A stretch of DNA of 64,000 nt. It comes from Paraspadella gotoi (lineage: Eukaryota > Animalia > Chaetognatha). Shown here piece by piece: positions 1 to 33,800 of the stretch. Below the pieces are notes generated by a model that saw only the letters and a program-made list of their open reading frames with translations, did no database searches and was not told where the DNA came from. The stretch lies in NCBI GenBank assembly GCA_051294375.1, contig CM119267.1, positions 24,687,783-24,751,782 of the forward strand. Direction: 5' to 3'. The stretch's first letter is position 1, and each line of letters starts with the position of its first letter. Position numbers and translations under genes: made by a program.

Positions 1-13
1 AAGTTTTTCTAAG

Positions 14-290
14 TTTTTGTTTCATCACCGAAAACAACGTCGCCGAACTCAGAGAAGCGGAGGAGAAGAGGGTGACAGTTTATTTTAAAGCATTAATAAT
101 ATATATCCATTTGTGACATTGATAAAAATCGTTCAGGCGAAAGAAGAATTACAAAAGAGGCAAAAGACTTTACCTGTAACAACGAAACAGGAGGAAAAGG
201 TCTTGATCCTTATTTTATTTATTTTTTTTTAAACGAATTTACGAAATTGAAGTGACAAAAGAGGAGAAAGAGGCGGCCATGCGTAGATAG
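14..290 (+). CDS. Possible 3' end of a gene entering the window (candidate exons 14-71, 137-199, 253-290)
   Basis: Three short segments with AG/GT borders and compatible phases read FLFHHRKQRRRTQRSGGEEGERRITKEAKDFTCNNETGGKVTKEEKEAAMRR*; no recognisable domain. Confidence 0.25.
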
Positions 291-899
291 CCTCCCAGTG
301 TTCTTAAAAAAAATTTTTGTCAGTTGTCTTGATTTCCGTAACTTCGGTACCTGCGGTAGGCTTGCTACAGGCCTGTCAAACTTTTGCAAAGAGCGTTCCG
401 ACCAGGGCTAGAACACTAGGTTCGGAGATAAAGCGTTAAGAGGGCGCTGATGAAAGGAAAAGTTGTGGGCGCGAAGTGGGATCCTCCGTAACTTCTGTGC
501 CCCCTAAGCAGCAATGGAACGATTAGTGGGCTTGGAGCCAGGCTTGAGGGTTTTCCACGCCCTAAATGTGATTTAGGTACGTTAGGTACCGAGTTTTTTA
601 ATTTTCTTTTAAAAAAAATTAAAAACTGATCCATTTGTTTATTTGTTTTTGAATTAGCAATGGATGAATGACATGTTTAAGAAAATAAACAACACGGAAC
701 AAAGTCAAAGTCAAACGTCGACAAAGAAAAAATGAGTTTAGAATTCGTCTTTATTTTTTTTTTTTTTGTAGTTATATTTTGTTTCTTTCTTTTTTTTTAA
801 CAAATGTTTTTGTTAAATTTTTTTTTCGAACTTTACATTTTTGCCTAAAAACTTAAAATTTTTAATTAGGTTAGTTTTGAAATGAAAAAATTAGGTTAT

Positions 900-1060
900 A
901 TTTTGCGGATAGGGATATGGTTAGCGATTCGGGTTAGGGATTAGGGTTAGACTTTAGGGTTAGGAACTAGGTTAGGGTATTAGGGATTTGGTTAAGAGAT
1001 TAGGGTTCAATATTTAGGTTAAAATTAAGTTTAGGAATTAGGAACAGAAGTTAGGCTTTT
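900..1060 (+). repeat. Degenerate TTAGGG-like tract
   Basis: gggttagggattagggttag-type variants; similar tract at 42900-43240. Confidence 0.6.
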
Positions 1061-1702
1061 ACGGAAAATTGAGCAAAATTTTCAAAAAATCATGACATCT
1101 ATGTAAATGTAAATAGAATGTAATATAATGTAATGTAACAGTAAATAATGACAACTATGAAAGAGGTGTTGGAAACTTGGAACTGAAAATCCATTTTAAT
1201 TTGGTCGAGTTTATCTTTTATCGTGGATGTAACAACGATTCTATCTAGCTCGGTGTTGCGATCACTGACCCTGTGTTTTATTGACCGACTTAAAAAAAAA
1301 TTAATATTACGTTTTATTGGCGTCATAAAAATACAAAAAGGGCTCGTATTAGCATGGGTTCGGTTTGCACCGTACGATTTTTTTCATACCTGTATAAGTC
1401 CTATATTTCGTTATTGGAAAAATAAGGTTGTAAAAAAGAATGGTAATCAAAATGAGAATATAACGGCACAGTGAAATACCTCACAAATCACCTCACGAAA
1501 CGAGAGCGAGTGATTTTGAAAAATAAAATAAAAATTACTGTGGATATAAAATTTTTAAAAAAGTCAAAACATTTAATTTTTTTATTTTATTTCTTTCCTC
1601 TTTTTCTTCATAATCTCTCCCTTTTCTCTCTCTGTCTCTCTCTCTATCTCTTTCCCTCCCTCCGTTGCCCTCTATCTCTCTCTCTCTCCCTATCAGTCTC
1701 CC

Positions 1703-21234
<19,532 letters not shown>

Positions 21235-21403
21235 CTGAAGATTAAAATAAATAATAAAGATTATCTGTAGTTATTTTGAACATTAAATTATTATTTCATT
21301 ATTTTTTTCTAGTTTTCATTTTCATTCACAAAAAGTCAATTCTTTTCCGCCTTCCTTTCTTCGACTCATACTCCGACTTTTCTCTTTTATTTTNNNNNNN
21401 NNN

Positions 21404-21436
<33 letters not shown>

Positions 21437-22013
21437 TACTACTTTTGCTCCAATCAAATTGCTCTATATTTCGCGTTTTCTCATTTATTTCTATTCGCGT
21501 CACGAGTCTTGAATGACAGACCGACTTGTCTCCTAAATTTTTAAGCGAATAAATTTAGATTTTGGTCAAAATTCGATTTCAAGAGGACGACGACGACGAC
21601 AAAAAAGACGACGACGAGGACGATAACAACGACGACGACAAAGATGACGAAAGGAAAGACGACGACGACGACGCCAACGACGAAACAACTTACAACAACG
21701 TGACGTTGACGTCCATAACAACAAACAAGAGAAAACAGTACGACGACGACGACGACGACGACGACGAAAATGAAGACGACGACGACGTTAATGAAAAGCG
21801 ACGGCCATTAGTTCTGTCCGCTCCTGGTAACAACTCGCGAAATGACAACAACGACTGGAAGGTTGAAGTCATTAATGATAGCGACGACAACGACGATGAC
21901 AAACGACGACAACGACGATGACAAACGACGACAACGACAGCGACCTTCCAATCGTCTCGACTGGAATCCCGACTAATTGCGACAGCGTTTGGCTTTTGAG
22001 ATTGAGGCTGATT

Positions 22014-22053
<40 letters not shown>

Positions 22054-22169
22054 TCGGAATTTAATGATTATAGAAAAAGGAGGTAAAAAAAAAACTTTCA
22101 TGAATACATATTACATAAGAGTAAAAAGGAAATGAGTCCCCGAAAATAAGCTGAGAAGATTAATTAAGG

Positions 22170-23470
22170 GAAGAATGAATGGGAAATAGAGAGGGAAATA
22201 GAGAGGGAAAAAGGGAAATAGAGAGGGAAAAGGGTTATAGAGAGGGAAATAGGGAAATAGAGATGAAAATAGAGAGGGAAATAGAGAGGGAAAAAGGGAA
22301 ATAGAGAGGAGAATAGAGAGGGAAATAGAGAGGGAAAAAGAAGTTGAGAATAATATAAAATATTAAAAAGAAAAGCTTAGAGAGAGGAAAGAGTGGAGAT
22401 TGTGAAAGACGTTCATGGAATAATAAATAGCAAAGAGAGAGAGAAGTTAAGAAAAAACAAAAATTAAAAAAGTACAGAGGTGACACAGAGGTGAGAGAGA
22501 GGTGAGAGAGAGAAGTGAGAAAGAGAGGTGAAACAGAGAAGAGAAAGAATGAGGTGAGAGAGAGGAGTGAGAAAGAATGAGGTGAGAGAGAGGAGTGAGA
22601 AAGAGAAGTGAGAAAGAGAGGTGAGAAAGGTGAGAGAGGGGAGTGAAAAGAGAGGTGAGAAATAGAGGTGAGAGAGAGAAATGAGACAGAGAGTAAGAAA
22701 GAGAGGTGTAAAAGAGATGTGAGAGAGAGAGGTGAGACAAAGAGTGAGAAAGAAAGGTGAGAAAGAGAGGCGAGAGAGAGAGGTGAGAGAGAGAGTGAAG
22801 AAGAGAGATGAGAAAGAGAGGTGAGAAAGAGAGGCGAGAAAGAAGGTGAGAGAGAGGAGTGAGAAAGAGAGGTGACAAAGAGAGGAGAGAAAGAGAGGTG
22901 AGAGAGAATGGTGAGACAGAGAGTGAGAAAGAAAAGTGAGAAAGAGAGGCGAGAGAAAGAGGTGAGACAGAGAGTGTGAAAGAGAGGTGAGAAAGAAGGT
23001 GAGAGAGAGGAGTGAGAAAGAGAGGTGACTGAGAGAGGTGAGAAAGAGAGGTGAGAGAGAGAGGTGAGGCAGAGAGTGAGAAAGAAAAGTAAGAAAGAGA
23101 GGCGAGAGAGAGAGGTGAGAGAGAGAGTTAGAAAGAAAGGTGAGAAAGACAGGTGAGAGAGAGAGGTGAGACATAGAGTGTGAAAGAGAGGTGAGAAAGA
23201 AGGTGAGAGAGAGGAGTGAGAAAGAGAGGTGAGAAAGAGAGGTGAGAAAGAGAGGTGAGAGAGAGTTTGTTCTTCGCTTCTAATTCCATCTTCTTCTCGA
23301 GCGGAAGAATCCGTCAGTGATTGGATTCGAGGAATCGAAGGAGGGAGGGAGGAGGGGGAGAGAGGGAGGTAGGAGGGGAGAGAGGGAGGGAGGAGGGGGA
23401 GGAGGAAAGGAGGGAGGTAGGGAAGGAGGAGAGAGAGAGGGAGGAGGGAGAGAGAGTGAGAGAAGGAGAC
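22170..23470. repeat. Purine-rich minisatellites (gagagggaaata; gagaggtgagaaa)
   Basis: Direct inspection; these explain the spurious 423-aa and 375-aa S/L/F ORFs. Confidence 0.9.
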
Positions 23471-26400
23471 GGAGGGAGCGAAAATAGGTGGAGAAAGAAA
23501 CGACATGAAAGAAAAAGAAAAGAGGAGAAATTTGGTGACAAAATGGAGAACAAATACTATCTAGGAAAAAAGTATATGACATTTTTTAATAAACTTATTT
23601 AATTATTTAATTCAAAACTTATTTAATTCAAAAAACTTATTTAATTAAAAAAAAAACAGAACGTTTTTGAATCTATATTGAATTTCCTTTCAGTAGCTTC
23701 CTTCTATTTTTTTTAGGTCAAATCGTTTAGAAATTACAGGCAAAAAAAATTGTTACTTCAAATAAAAAATGGCCAAAAAAAATGTATTTAATTTTTTACC
23801 ATTTTTGATATTTAGTTATTTATTTTTATTTTAAATAAAGTTAGTTATTTTTTAAATATAAAAGCATACCCAGACAAAGGCAGGCAGTAGTTGATGCCGA
23901 GGAAGGGTATACAAAATATTGAGTATGTCATCATGATATTTTACCCATGTTTTATATACTTTTTATTGAATAAAAGAATTATGTCATATACTTTTTTCCC
24001 AGGAAAAAAGAGAAAAAAGAAGAGAAAGAAAAGGAGGTAAATATAGCAAAAGGAAGAAAGAGGAAAAGAAGAGAAAGAAAAAAAGGTAAATATAGCAAAA
24101 TGAGGAAAAGAAATTAAAAGAAAAAAAACGAGGTAAATAAGAGAAAAGGTGGAAAAGAGGAGAAAGAAAAGAAAAAACTAAGATGGCGAAGAAAAGGTTT
24201 ATGTTTCCGATGACGAATCGAAAATTTGGCTCAATTTCTGGTCAAAAACCTTTTTCTTCGTTGTCGTCTTCGTTTTTAATCACCGTCAACGTCGACCTTC
24301 CCCTAGTTAAGAGACGATCTTGTCATCGACAGTGTCATTGTTTGCTTGTTTGGTTATCATGACTTATTAACTATGTTAAACAAACGAAGAAAGACTTTTA
24401 TTTCTAAGATTTATTCCTAAAAAAATTCCATTCTTAAGGTATTGATTCCCTTTTTTACGACATGAAAACAATTTTAAATATTGTTTACTGTTGCTACTTT
24501 ATTATCATTATTATTTTACCTCTCGCCCCCTTTTTTTAAACTCATTTTGCAGACTTATGTATGTATGTTTGTTTTCTGTACTGAATCAACCTTGTTGCAT
24601 TCGAATAAAACGCTTATATAAATAAACCAATCGTCATAGTCATCTCTATTCTTGTCGGCATTGTCAAGGTTTCACGAATCTATGGCCGATGTCGTCATTG
24701 TCATCCACACCCTTGTCATCATAAACATTTTCAGCATCCTATTTCCATTGTCATCATCGTCATTATCAACGTTTTCTGTGTCAAGAGAGAATTCTGTCTC
24801 ATCAACTTTGTCTTTAACGTCATTCATCCATCCAGGTCGTTGATTTTGTCATCATCATTGTTATTTATAGAGTCAAGAGTCATTCTCGTTTCTGTCATTG
24901 ACTTCAATGTCATCATCATCATCATCATTGTCATCATTCCCCGAGTCAGGAGCCAATTCTATCTCCCGTCGTCAGCCTTGAGTCATCATTCATCAGAAGC
25001 GACAAAAATAACCTCAGGTCGAAAAAGAGAGAAGCAGAAAAAGATGTTCCTTTACCTCAGACGCTTTTCTGTCTAATAATATCTTTACATGTTAATCTTT
25101 TATATACATAATTATATATACTAGATATATTTATTATGAAGGTTTCCAAATAACTTGTTAGGAGTCTACGTCGTTCTTAGAGATCGAGGAAGACTTTTTC
25201 AATGGAGATTTTCGTTCAAATCTGACTACCAAACAATATAAACGCTCCTGGTAAAAATTCCGGTAAAATATCGATGTAAAAACACTTGATTCCGATCCTG
25301 TTGCATCTGAAGAGCTCGCATTTTTTTTCTTTTGTCAAATCATCATCTTGATATCAAACAAGCCAGAACAAATACACTGCTTCTCGATGGAAAAATTTTC
25401 TATCTCTGATTTAATATAGAAATGAAAGGGATTTTTTTCCTTGAAAATGATATAAACGTGACTGAGGTATGTTCCTGTTCAACAAATGAGGTCCATTTTG
25501 GAATCCTTTGGCAAAGTGTCTGAAGGGCTCTCAAAATTTTTCTTCACATTTTATTTGGTTATTTTGATATGATACGATCATGGTAAAGTGAATTAGTCCA
25601 TTTTGGTGAAATTTTTATTTAAAGTAAAAGTAAAAGAGGAACTAATGATCGGAATTCTAAGAGTTTTCAACCGGGAGTCAGATTGGGGAAAAATCTTCTA
25701 TGGCGAAAATCTTCCAAAGAAGGGGTCGATTTTCCGAAGATTTTGATTAATATTTTCTATATTTATGGTTGGATTTTTTTGAAACTTAATATTAACAATA
25801 TTGCCATCATTCTACCTTGGCCGGTATAAGAATATATTAAATAAACCTCGGGCTTTGTTCGTCAGAGCTTAGTCCTATACTTGTACTATTCTATCTTTTA
25901 GAATTAAAAAGGTTAGATACATTATTTGAATATTGTATATTGTATATTTATTTAAAATTTAAAATTTTGAATGTTTGAATGTTAGAGTTATCTTTTCGAA
26001 ATAGAGGAATCATTTATAAAACACAAGGGTTCGTAAATAGTAAGTTATCTCACTAAAGCTCATATTGTAATATATTATATTACACTATTTTTCGTAACAA
26101 GCAAATGTCAAAGCTGAAAAATTGACTTGAGTTATAAACATTCAATTTTGCATTCAAAAAACTATTTTATAACTTGAGTATTGCTTCATTCTAATTCCCT
26201 TCCTCGACCGAAATCCAAAACGTCATCGTTTTATCTCTCAAATTTCCTTTTTTTTTGTCAGTTGTTGATTTAGGAAGAATTAAAAGAGAAAAACAATGAA
26301 AAAAGTCATTCGTCTTAATCGTTTCTCTGTCGAGGATAGAAGACGAATTGAAAGAGGAAGACCTTTTGTTTGTTCATCAGCGCTGAATATGGTTAGGGTT

Positions 26401-27087
26401 TGATAATAATTTTGATTAATCATAATTTTTATGGTAAAAATAATGATTCAAAATTATTACAACTGTAATTAAAATAATATTTAATTTAAAAAATATTATA
26501 ATAAAATTGTATTGTGCTGAAGATAAAAAGATTTAATTATCAGATATTTTAACATATTGACATACCATCTTTATAAAACATTTATAAAACATATTAGAAA
26601 TATATGTTAAACTATCCAGCAATTAAATTATTTTATCATTAGCACTATAATAAAAATAATAAAATTCAAAATAAAAAATATATAAAAAATTTTAAAATTA
26701 TTTATTTTATTATTCTATTATTTTCCAGATTTTTTTAATTCCATTAAGCTTGTAATCTGATTGGTCAAATATAATCTTATGGCGACCAATCAAGATTCGT
26801 CAATTTCATTCCCGTGACATTTTCCCGATCCTCCAATCTGTTTTCAATTCTCGAAGGGTTGAAACTCTTTTGATGCTATCTTTATATTTTACAATAGTCA
26901 ATAATATTTAACTTTTTCTTCTTTTGTTTATATTTTTTTTAATATATTTTATGCTTTAATTAATTATTTTTATATTCTTATTTTTATTTCTGGGAATGGA
27001 ATGTTGTGTAATCTTCTGGAAATAGAGGAAGCATCTATGCCCTTATCGTCTTCACGGCCTAATTAGAATTCAAAGAAAATAGAGGAT

Positions 27088-27160
27088 CACCCTGGGAGGG
27101 ACTCGAACCCTCGACCCTTCGGCGCCCCGTCACGTCCCTACCCCCTGCCCCGGTTGCAAT
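27088..27160 (-). pseudogene. Degenerate tRNA-like / SINE-head sequence (mirror copy at about 28105-28180)
   Basis: Minus strand has a T-arm gaggg-ttcgagt-ccctc with a B box; D and anticodon arms are not intact. Confidence 0.5.
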
Positions 27161-27172
27161 AAGAATTCTGTC

Positions 27173-27213
<41 letters not shown>

Positions 27214-27776
27214 CCCCCCTTCGACTCTAACCTCGATGCTCTTTCCTTCCTCAATTTCTTCCGCTCGATTCGCGTTGTTCCTTTGTCCGTCGATTCCTCC
27301 TCCTCTTCCTCCTCTCGAACCGGCGATCGCAGCGCCGCCGCGTGATTCCAGCCTTGAAACAAAAAAAATGGAAACAGAAGGAATTTTAACGTAGTTGGAG
27401 AGAGAGAGAGAAGAAGAGAGAGAGAGAGAGAGAGAGAGGGCATTTTACGTTGGCAAAGAAACATTAAGGCATGGGCTCGTTTTAGTTTTAATTATCAGTT
27501 AAAATTTTAAAACAACTCCTCTCTTCTCTCTCTCTCTCTTTTCTCTCTCTTTCTCTCTCTCTTCTCTCTCTCTCTCTTCTTCCTCTCTCGTTTACGGTCC
27601 TTCATCGCAATTTGTCATAAACGGACGACGTAATGGCGTCATTTTTTGTGTTAAAATTCTTTTCTTATTAATTATCACGTTTTATTTTTTCTTGTTTTAA
27701 ATTTTACTGATATATTAAAACTAAAACGAGCCCATGCTTTAATGTTTCTTTAGCCAACGTAAAACCCACTCTCTTT

Positions 27777-27838
<62 letters not shown>

Positions 27839-30800
27839 TCGTTTAAAATATCCTTCTGGTTCATTTTTTTTTGTTTCAAGGCTGGAATCACGCACGGCGG
27901 CGCTGCGATTCCGCCGGTCGAGAGGAGGAAGAAGGAGGGAGGAATCGACGACAAAGGAACAACGCGAATCGAGCGGAAGAAAATATGAGGAAGAAAGAGC
28001 TATCGGAGGTTAGAGTCGAAGGGGGGAAAAGAGAGAGTGAGAGAAGAGAAGAGAGAGAGAGAGAGAATGAGAGAGAGAGATGATGAAACGGACAAGAATT
28101 CTTATTGCTACCGGAAGGCTGGGGGTAGGGACGTGATCGGGGCGCCGAAGAGGTCGAGGGTTCGAGTCCCTCCAGGGTGTTCCTCTATTTTCTGTGAATA
28201 TCTATATTAGGCCTTGAATGAAAGTGGGCATAATGCTTCCTCTATATTCCAGAAGTATACATCAACAATTCCATCCCAGAATAAAAATAAGAATATAAAA
28301 ATAATTAATTAAAACAAAAATATATTTAAAAAAAAAGAGTAACAAAAGAAGAAAAGTTAATATATTGACATATTGATAAAATATATAAATATGCATCAAA
28401 AGAGTTCAACCCTTCTGAGAATGAAAACAGAATTTGGAGGATGGGAAAATTCACGGAATGAAATTGACGAATCTTATTGGTCGACCAATAAGATATAAAT
28501 TTGATCGATATACAATTAGCATGTAATGGAATTAAAAAAAATTGAAAAAATAGAATAATATAAATAAATAATTTTAAATTTTTATTTATATATTTTTTAT
28601 TTGATTTTATTATTATTCTATTAAGTGCTTAATGATAAAATATTTAATTGCTGGATAGTTTAACATATATTTCTAATAGTTTATATAATGTTTTATAAAA
28701 TTATGTCAATATGTAAAATATCTGATAATTTAAATTCTTTTTATCTTCAGCACCAATACCAATTTAATTATAATATTTTTTAAATTAAATTTATTTTAAT
28801 TACAGGTGTAATAATTTGAATCATTATTATTACCATAAAGAATTATGATAATCAAAATTATCAACCCTAACCATATTCAGCGCTGAGAATGAACAAACAA
28901 AAGGTTTCCTCTTTCAATTCGTCTTCTATCCTCGACAGAGAAAACCGATTAATGACGAATGACCTTTTTTCATTGTTTTTCTCTATTTTAATTCTTCCTA
29001 AATCAACAACTGACAAAAAAAAGGAAATTTGGAGAGATTAAACGATGACTTTTGGATTTCGGTCGGAGGAAGGGAATTAGAATGAGACATACTCAAGTTA
29101 ATAGAAATAGTTTTTGAATGCAAAATTGAGGTAATAACTCAAGTCAATTTTTCAAGCTTTGAAAATTGCTTGTACGAAAAAATAGCTAATATAATATATT
29201 AAATTGAGCTTTAGTGAGCTAAACTTACCTATCTTACGACCCTTGTGTTTACAAATGAATTCCTCTATTTACGAAAAGATAACTCTAACATTCAAACATT
29301 CAAAATTTTAAAATTTTAAAAATATACAATATAACAATATATCAAATAATGTATCTAACCTTTTTAATTCTAAAAGATAAAATAGTAACAAGTATAGGAC
29401 TAAGCTCTGACGAACAAAGCCCGAGGTTTATTTAATATATTCTTATACCGGCCAAAGTGTAGAATGATGGCAATATTGTAATATTAAGTTTCAAAAAATC
29501 CAACCATAAATATAGAAATAATTAATCAAAAATCTTCGGAAAATCGACCCCTTCTTTGGAAGATTTTTCCCCAATCTGACTCCCGGACCGGTAAAACTCT
29601 TAGAATTCCGATCTTAGTTCCTCTTTTACTTTTACTTTAAATAAAATTTCACCAAAATGGACTAATTCACTTTACCATGATCGTATATATTCAAAAATAC
29701 ACCAAATAAAATGTGAAGAAAAATTTTGAGAGCCCTTCGAACACTTATGCCAAGAGATTCCAAATGGACCTCATTTGTGTAACAGAAATACCTCAGTCAC
29801 GTTTTATATCATTTTCAAGGAAAAAAATCCCTTTCATTTTATATTAAATCAGAGATAGAAAATTTTTCCATCGAGAAAGCAGTGTATTTGTTCTGGCTTG
29901 TTTGATATCAAGATGATGTATTGACAGAAAAGAAAAAAAATGCGAGCTCTTCAGATGCAACAGGATCGGAATCAAGTGTTTTTACATCGATATATTTATA
30001 CCGGAATTTTACCAGGAGCGTTTATATTGTTTCGGTAGTCAGATTTGAACGAAAATCTCCATTGAAAAAGTCTTCCTCGATCTCTAAGAACGACGTAGAC
30101 TCCTAACCAAGTTATTTTGGAACCTTCATAATAAATATATCTAGTATATATAATTATTATGTAAAAAAAGATTAACATGTAAAGATATTATTAGACAGAA
30201 AAGCGTCTGAGGTAAAGGAACATCTTTTTCTGCTATCTCTTTTCGACTGAGTTATTTTTGTCGCTTCTGATGAATGATGACTCAAGGCTGACGACGGGAG
30301 ATAGAATTGGCTCCTGACTCGGGGAATGATGACAATGATGATATGATGATGACATTGAAAGTCAATGACAGAACAGAGAATGACTCTTGACTCTATAAAT
30401 AAACAATGATGATGACAAAATCAACGACCTGGTATAAGGAAATGAATGACGTTAAAAGACAACAAGTTGATGAGACAGAATTCTCTCTTGACACAGAAAA
30501 CGTTGATAATATGACGATGATGACAACTGGAAATAGGATGCTGAAAATGTTTATGATGACAAGGGTGTGGATGACAATGACGACATCGCCATTAGATTCG
30601 TGAAACCTTGACAATGCCGACAAGAATAGAGATGACTATGACCGATTGTTTATTTATAAAGCGTTTTATTCGAATGCAACAAGGTTGATTCAGTACAGAA
30701 AAACAAACATACATACATAAGTCTGCAAAATGAGTTTAAAAAAAAGGGGGACGAGAGGTAAAATATAATGATTAATAAAGTAAGCAACAGTAAACAATAT

Positions 30801-33800
30801 TTAAAAATTGTTTTCATGTCGTAAAAAAGGAATCCAATACCCTAAGAATGGAATTTTTTTAGGAATAAATCTTAGAAAAATAAAAGTCTTCTTCGTTTGT
30901 TTAACATAGTTAATAAAGTCATGATAACCTAAACAAAGCAAACAAATGACACTGTCGATGACAAGATCGTCGTCCTTTAACTAGGGAAAGAGTCAGACTT
31001 GTTGACAGTTGATATTATAAAACGAAAGACGACAACGAAGAAAAAGGTTTTTGACACAGAAATTGAGCCAAATTTTCGATTCGGTCATCGGAAACATAAA
31101 CTTTGCTTTTCGCCATCTTAGTTTTTTCTTTTCTTTCTCCTCTTTTCCACCTTTTCTCTTATTACCTCGTTTTTTCTTTTAATTCTTTTCCTCATTTTGC
31201 TATATTACCTTTTTTCTTTCTCTCTTTTCCTCTTTCTTCCTTTTGCATATATTTACCTCCTTTTTATTTCTCTTCTTTTTTCTCTTTTTCCTGGGAAAAA
31301 AAGTATATGACATATATCTTATTCAATAAAATAGTATAAGTAAAATAAAAACATGGTGGTAAAATATCATGATGACATAACTCCAAATATTTTGTATTAC
31401 CCTTCCTCGGCATCAACTACTGCCTGCCTTTGTCTTGGGTATTGCTTTTATATTTAAAATATAACTAACTTTATTTAAAATAAAAATAATAAACTAAATA
31501 TAAAAAATGGTGTAAAAATTAAATACATTTTTTTTGTTAGCCATTTTTATATTGAAGTAACAATTTTTTTGGCTGTAATATTCTAAACGATTTTGACCTA
31601 AAAAAAAATAGAAAAAAGCTATACTGAAAGAAATTCAATATAGATTCAAAAACGTTCTGTTTTTTTTTTAATTAAATTTAAGTTTTTTGAATTAAATAAG
31701 TTTTGAATTAAATAAATAAATAAGTTTATTAAAAAATGTCATATACTTTTTTCCTAATGTAAATTTGTTCTCCATTTTTGTCACCAAATTTCTCCTCTTT
31801 CTTTTTTCTTCATGTCGTTTCTTTCTCCACCTATTTTTCCGCTCCCTCGTCCTCCTTCTCTCACTCTCTCTCCTCTGACCTCCCTCTCTCTCTCCCTCCT
31901 TCTCTACCTCCCTATCCCTTTTTCCCCTCCTATCACTCCATCCCTACCCTCCCTCTCTCCCCTTTGCCTACCTCCCTCTCTCCCCCTCCTCCCTCCTCCT
32001 TCGATTCTCGAATCCAATCACTGACGGATTCTTCCGCTCGAGAAGAAGATGGAATTAGAAGCGAGAACAAACTCTCTCTCACCTCTCTTTCTCACCTCTC
32101 TTTCTCACCTCTCTTTTCTCACTCCTCTCTCTCACCTTCTTTCTCACCTCTCTTCACACTCTATGTCTCACCTCTCTCTCTCACCTGTCTTTCTCACCTT
32201 TTCTTTCTAACTCTCTCTCTCACCTCTCTCTTCTCGCCTCTCTTTTACTTTATTTCTCACTTCTTGCTCTTCACTCTCTCTCTCACCTTCTCTTTCTCAC
32301 CTCTCTCAGTCACCTCTCTTCTCACTCCTCTCTCTTCACCTTTCTTTTCTCACCTCTCTTTCACACTCTCTGTCTCACCTCTTTCTCTCGGCCTCTCTTT
32401 CTCACTTTTCTTTCTCACTCTCTGTCTCACCATTCTCTCTCACCTCTCTTCTCTCCTCTCTTGTCACTCTCTCTTTCTCACTCCTCTCTCTCACCTTCTT
32501 TCTCGCCTCTCTTTCTCACCTCTCTTTCTCATCTCTCTCTCTTCACTCTCTCTTCAAACCTCTCTCTCTCGCCTCTCTTTCTCACCTTCTTTCTCACTCT
32601 TTGTCTCACCTCTCTCTCTCACATCTCTTTTACACCTCTCTTTCTTACTCTCTGTCTCATTTCTCTCTCTCACCATCTATTCTTCACCTCTCTTTTCACT
32701 ACCCCTCCTCTCACCTTTCTCACCTTCTTCTTTCTCACTTCTCTTTTCTCACTCTTCTCTCTCTCACCTCATTCTTTCTCACTCCTCTCTCTCACCTCAT
32801 TCTTTCTCTTCTCTGTTTCACCTCTCTTTCTCACTTTTCTCTTCTCTCCACTCTCTCTCACCTCTGTGTCACCTCTGTACTTTTTTAATTTTTGTTTTTT
32901 CTTAACTTCTTCTCTCTCTTCTTTGCTATTTATTATTCAATGAACGTCTTTCACAATCTCCACTCTTTCCTCTTCTAAGCTTTTTTCTTTTAATATTTTA
33001 TATTATTCTCAACTTCTTTTTCCCTCTCTATTTCCCTCTCTATTCTCTCCTCTTATTTCTCCTTTTTCCCTCTCTATTTCCACTCTCTATTTCATCTCTA
33101 TTTCCCTATTTCCCTCTCTATAACCCTTTTCCCTCTCTATTTCCCTTTTTTCTCTCTCTATTTCCCTCTCTTATTCCCATTTCATTCTTCCCTTAATTAA
33201 TCTTCTCAGCTTATTTTCGTGGACGTCATTTCCTTTTTACTCTTATGTAATATGTATTCATGAAAGTTTTTTTTTTACTCCTTTTTCTATAATTCTATTA
33301 AATTCCGACGCTCTCTCTCTCTCTCTTCTCTCTTCTCTCTCTCTCTCTCTCTCTCCTCAATCAGCCTCAATCTCAAAGAGCCTAAACGCTGTCGCAATTA
33401 GTCGGGATTCCAGTCGAGACGATTGGAAGGTCCGCTGTCGTTGTCGGTCGTTTGTACATCGTCGTTCGTCGTGTTTGTCATCGTCGTTGTCGTCGCTATC
33501 ATTAATGATCTTTCAACCTTTCCAGTCGTTTGTTGTCATTTCGCTGAGTTGTTACCAGGAGCGGACAGAACTAATGGCCGTCGCTTTTCCATTTAACGTC
33601 GTCGTACGTCTTCATTTTCGTCGTTCGTCGTCGTCTGTCGTCGTGTCGTACTGTTTTCTCTTGTTTGTTGTTATGGACGTCAACGTCACGTTGTTGTAAG
33701 TTGTTTCGTCGTTTTGGCGTCGTCGTCGTCGTCTTTTCCTTTCGTCATCTTTGTCGTCGTCGTTGTTATCGTCCTTCGTCGTCGTCTTTTTTGTCGTCGT

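Noticed and set aside
175-218. Minus-strand DQDLF peptide (also near 46720) suggesting a GT8 motif
   Set aside because: Five-residue match with no supporting exons; the plus-strand reading is at least as plausible
22235-23506. 423-aa ORF and its 375-aa mirror at 31778-32905
   Set aside because: Stop-free CT-rich minisatellite; no complex protein sequence
27088-27160. Functional tRNA gene
   Set aside because: Only the T arm is intact; acceptor, D and anticodon arms are degenerate
27516-27570. SMRTbell adapter at the palindrome centre
   Set aside because: Only the CT-like part matches and CT tracts are everywhere; the gttgttgttg half is absent
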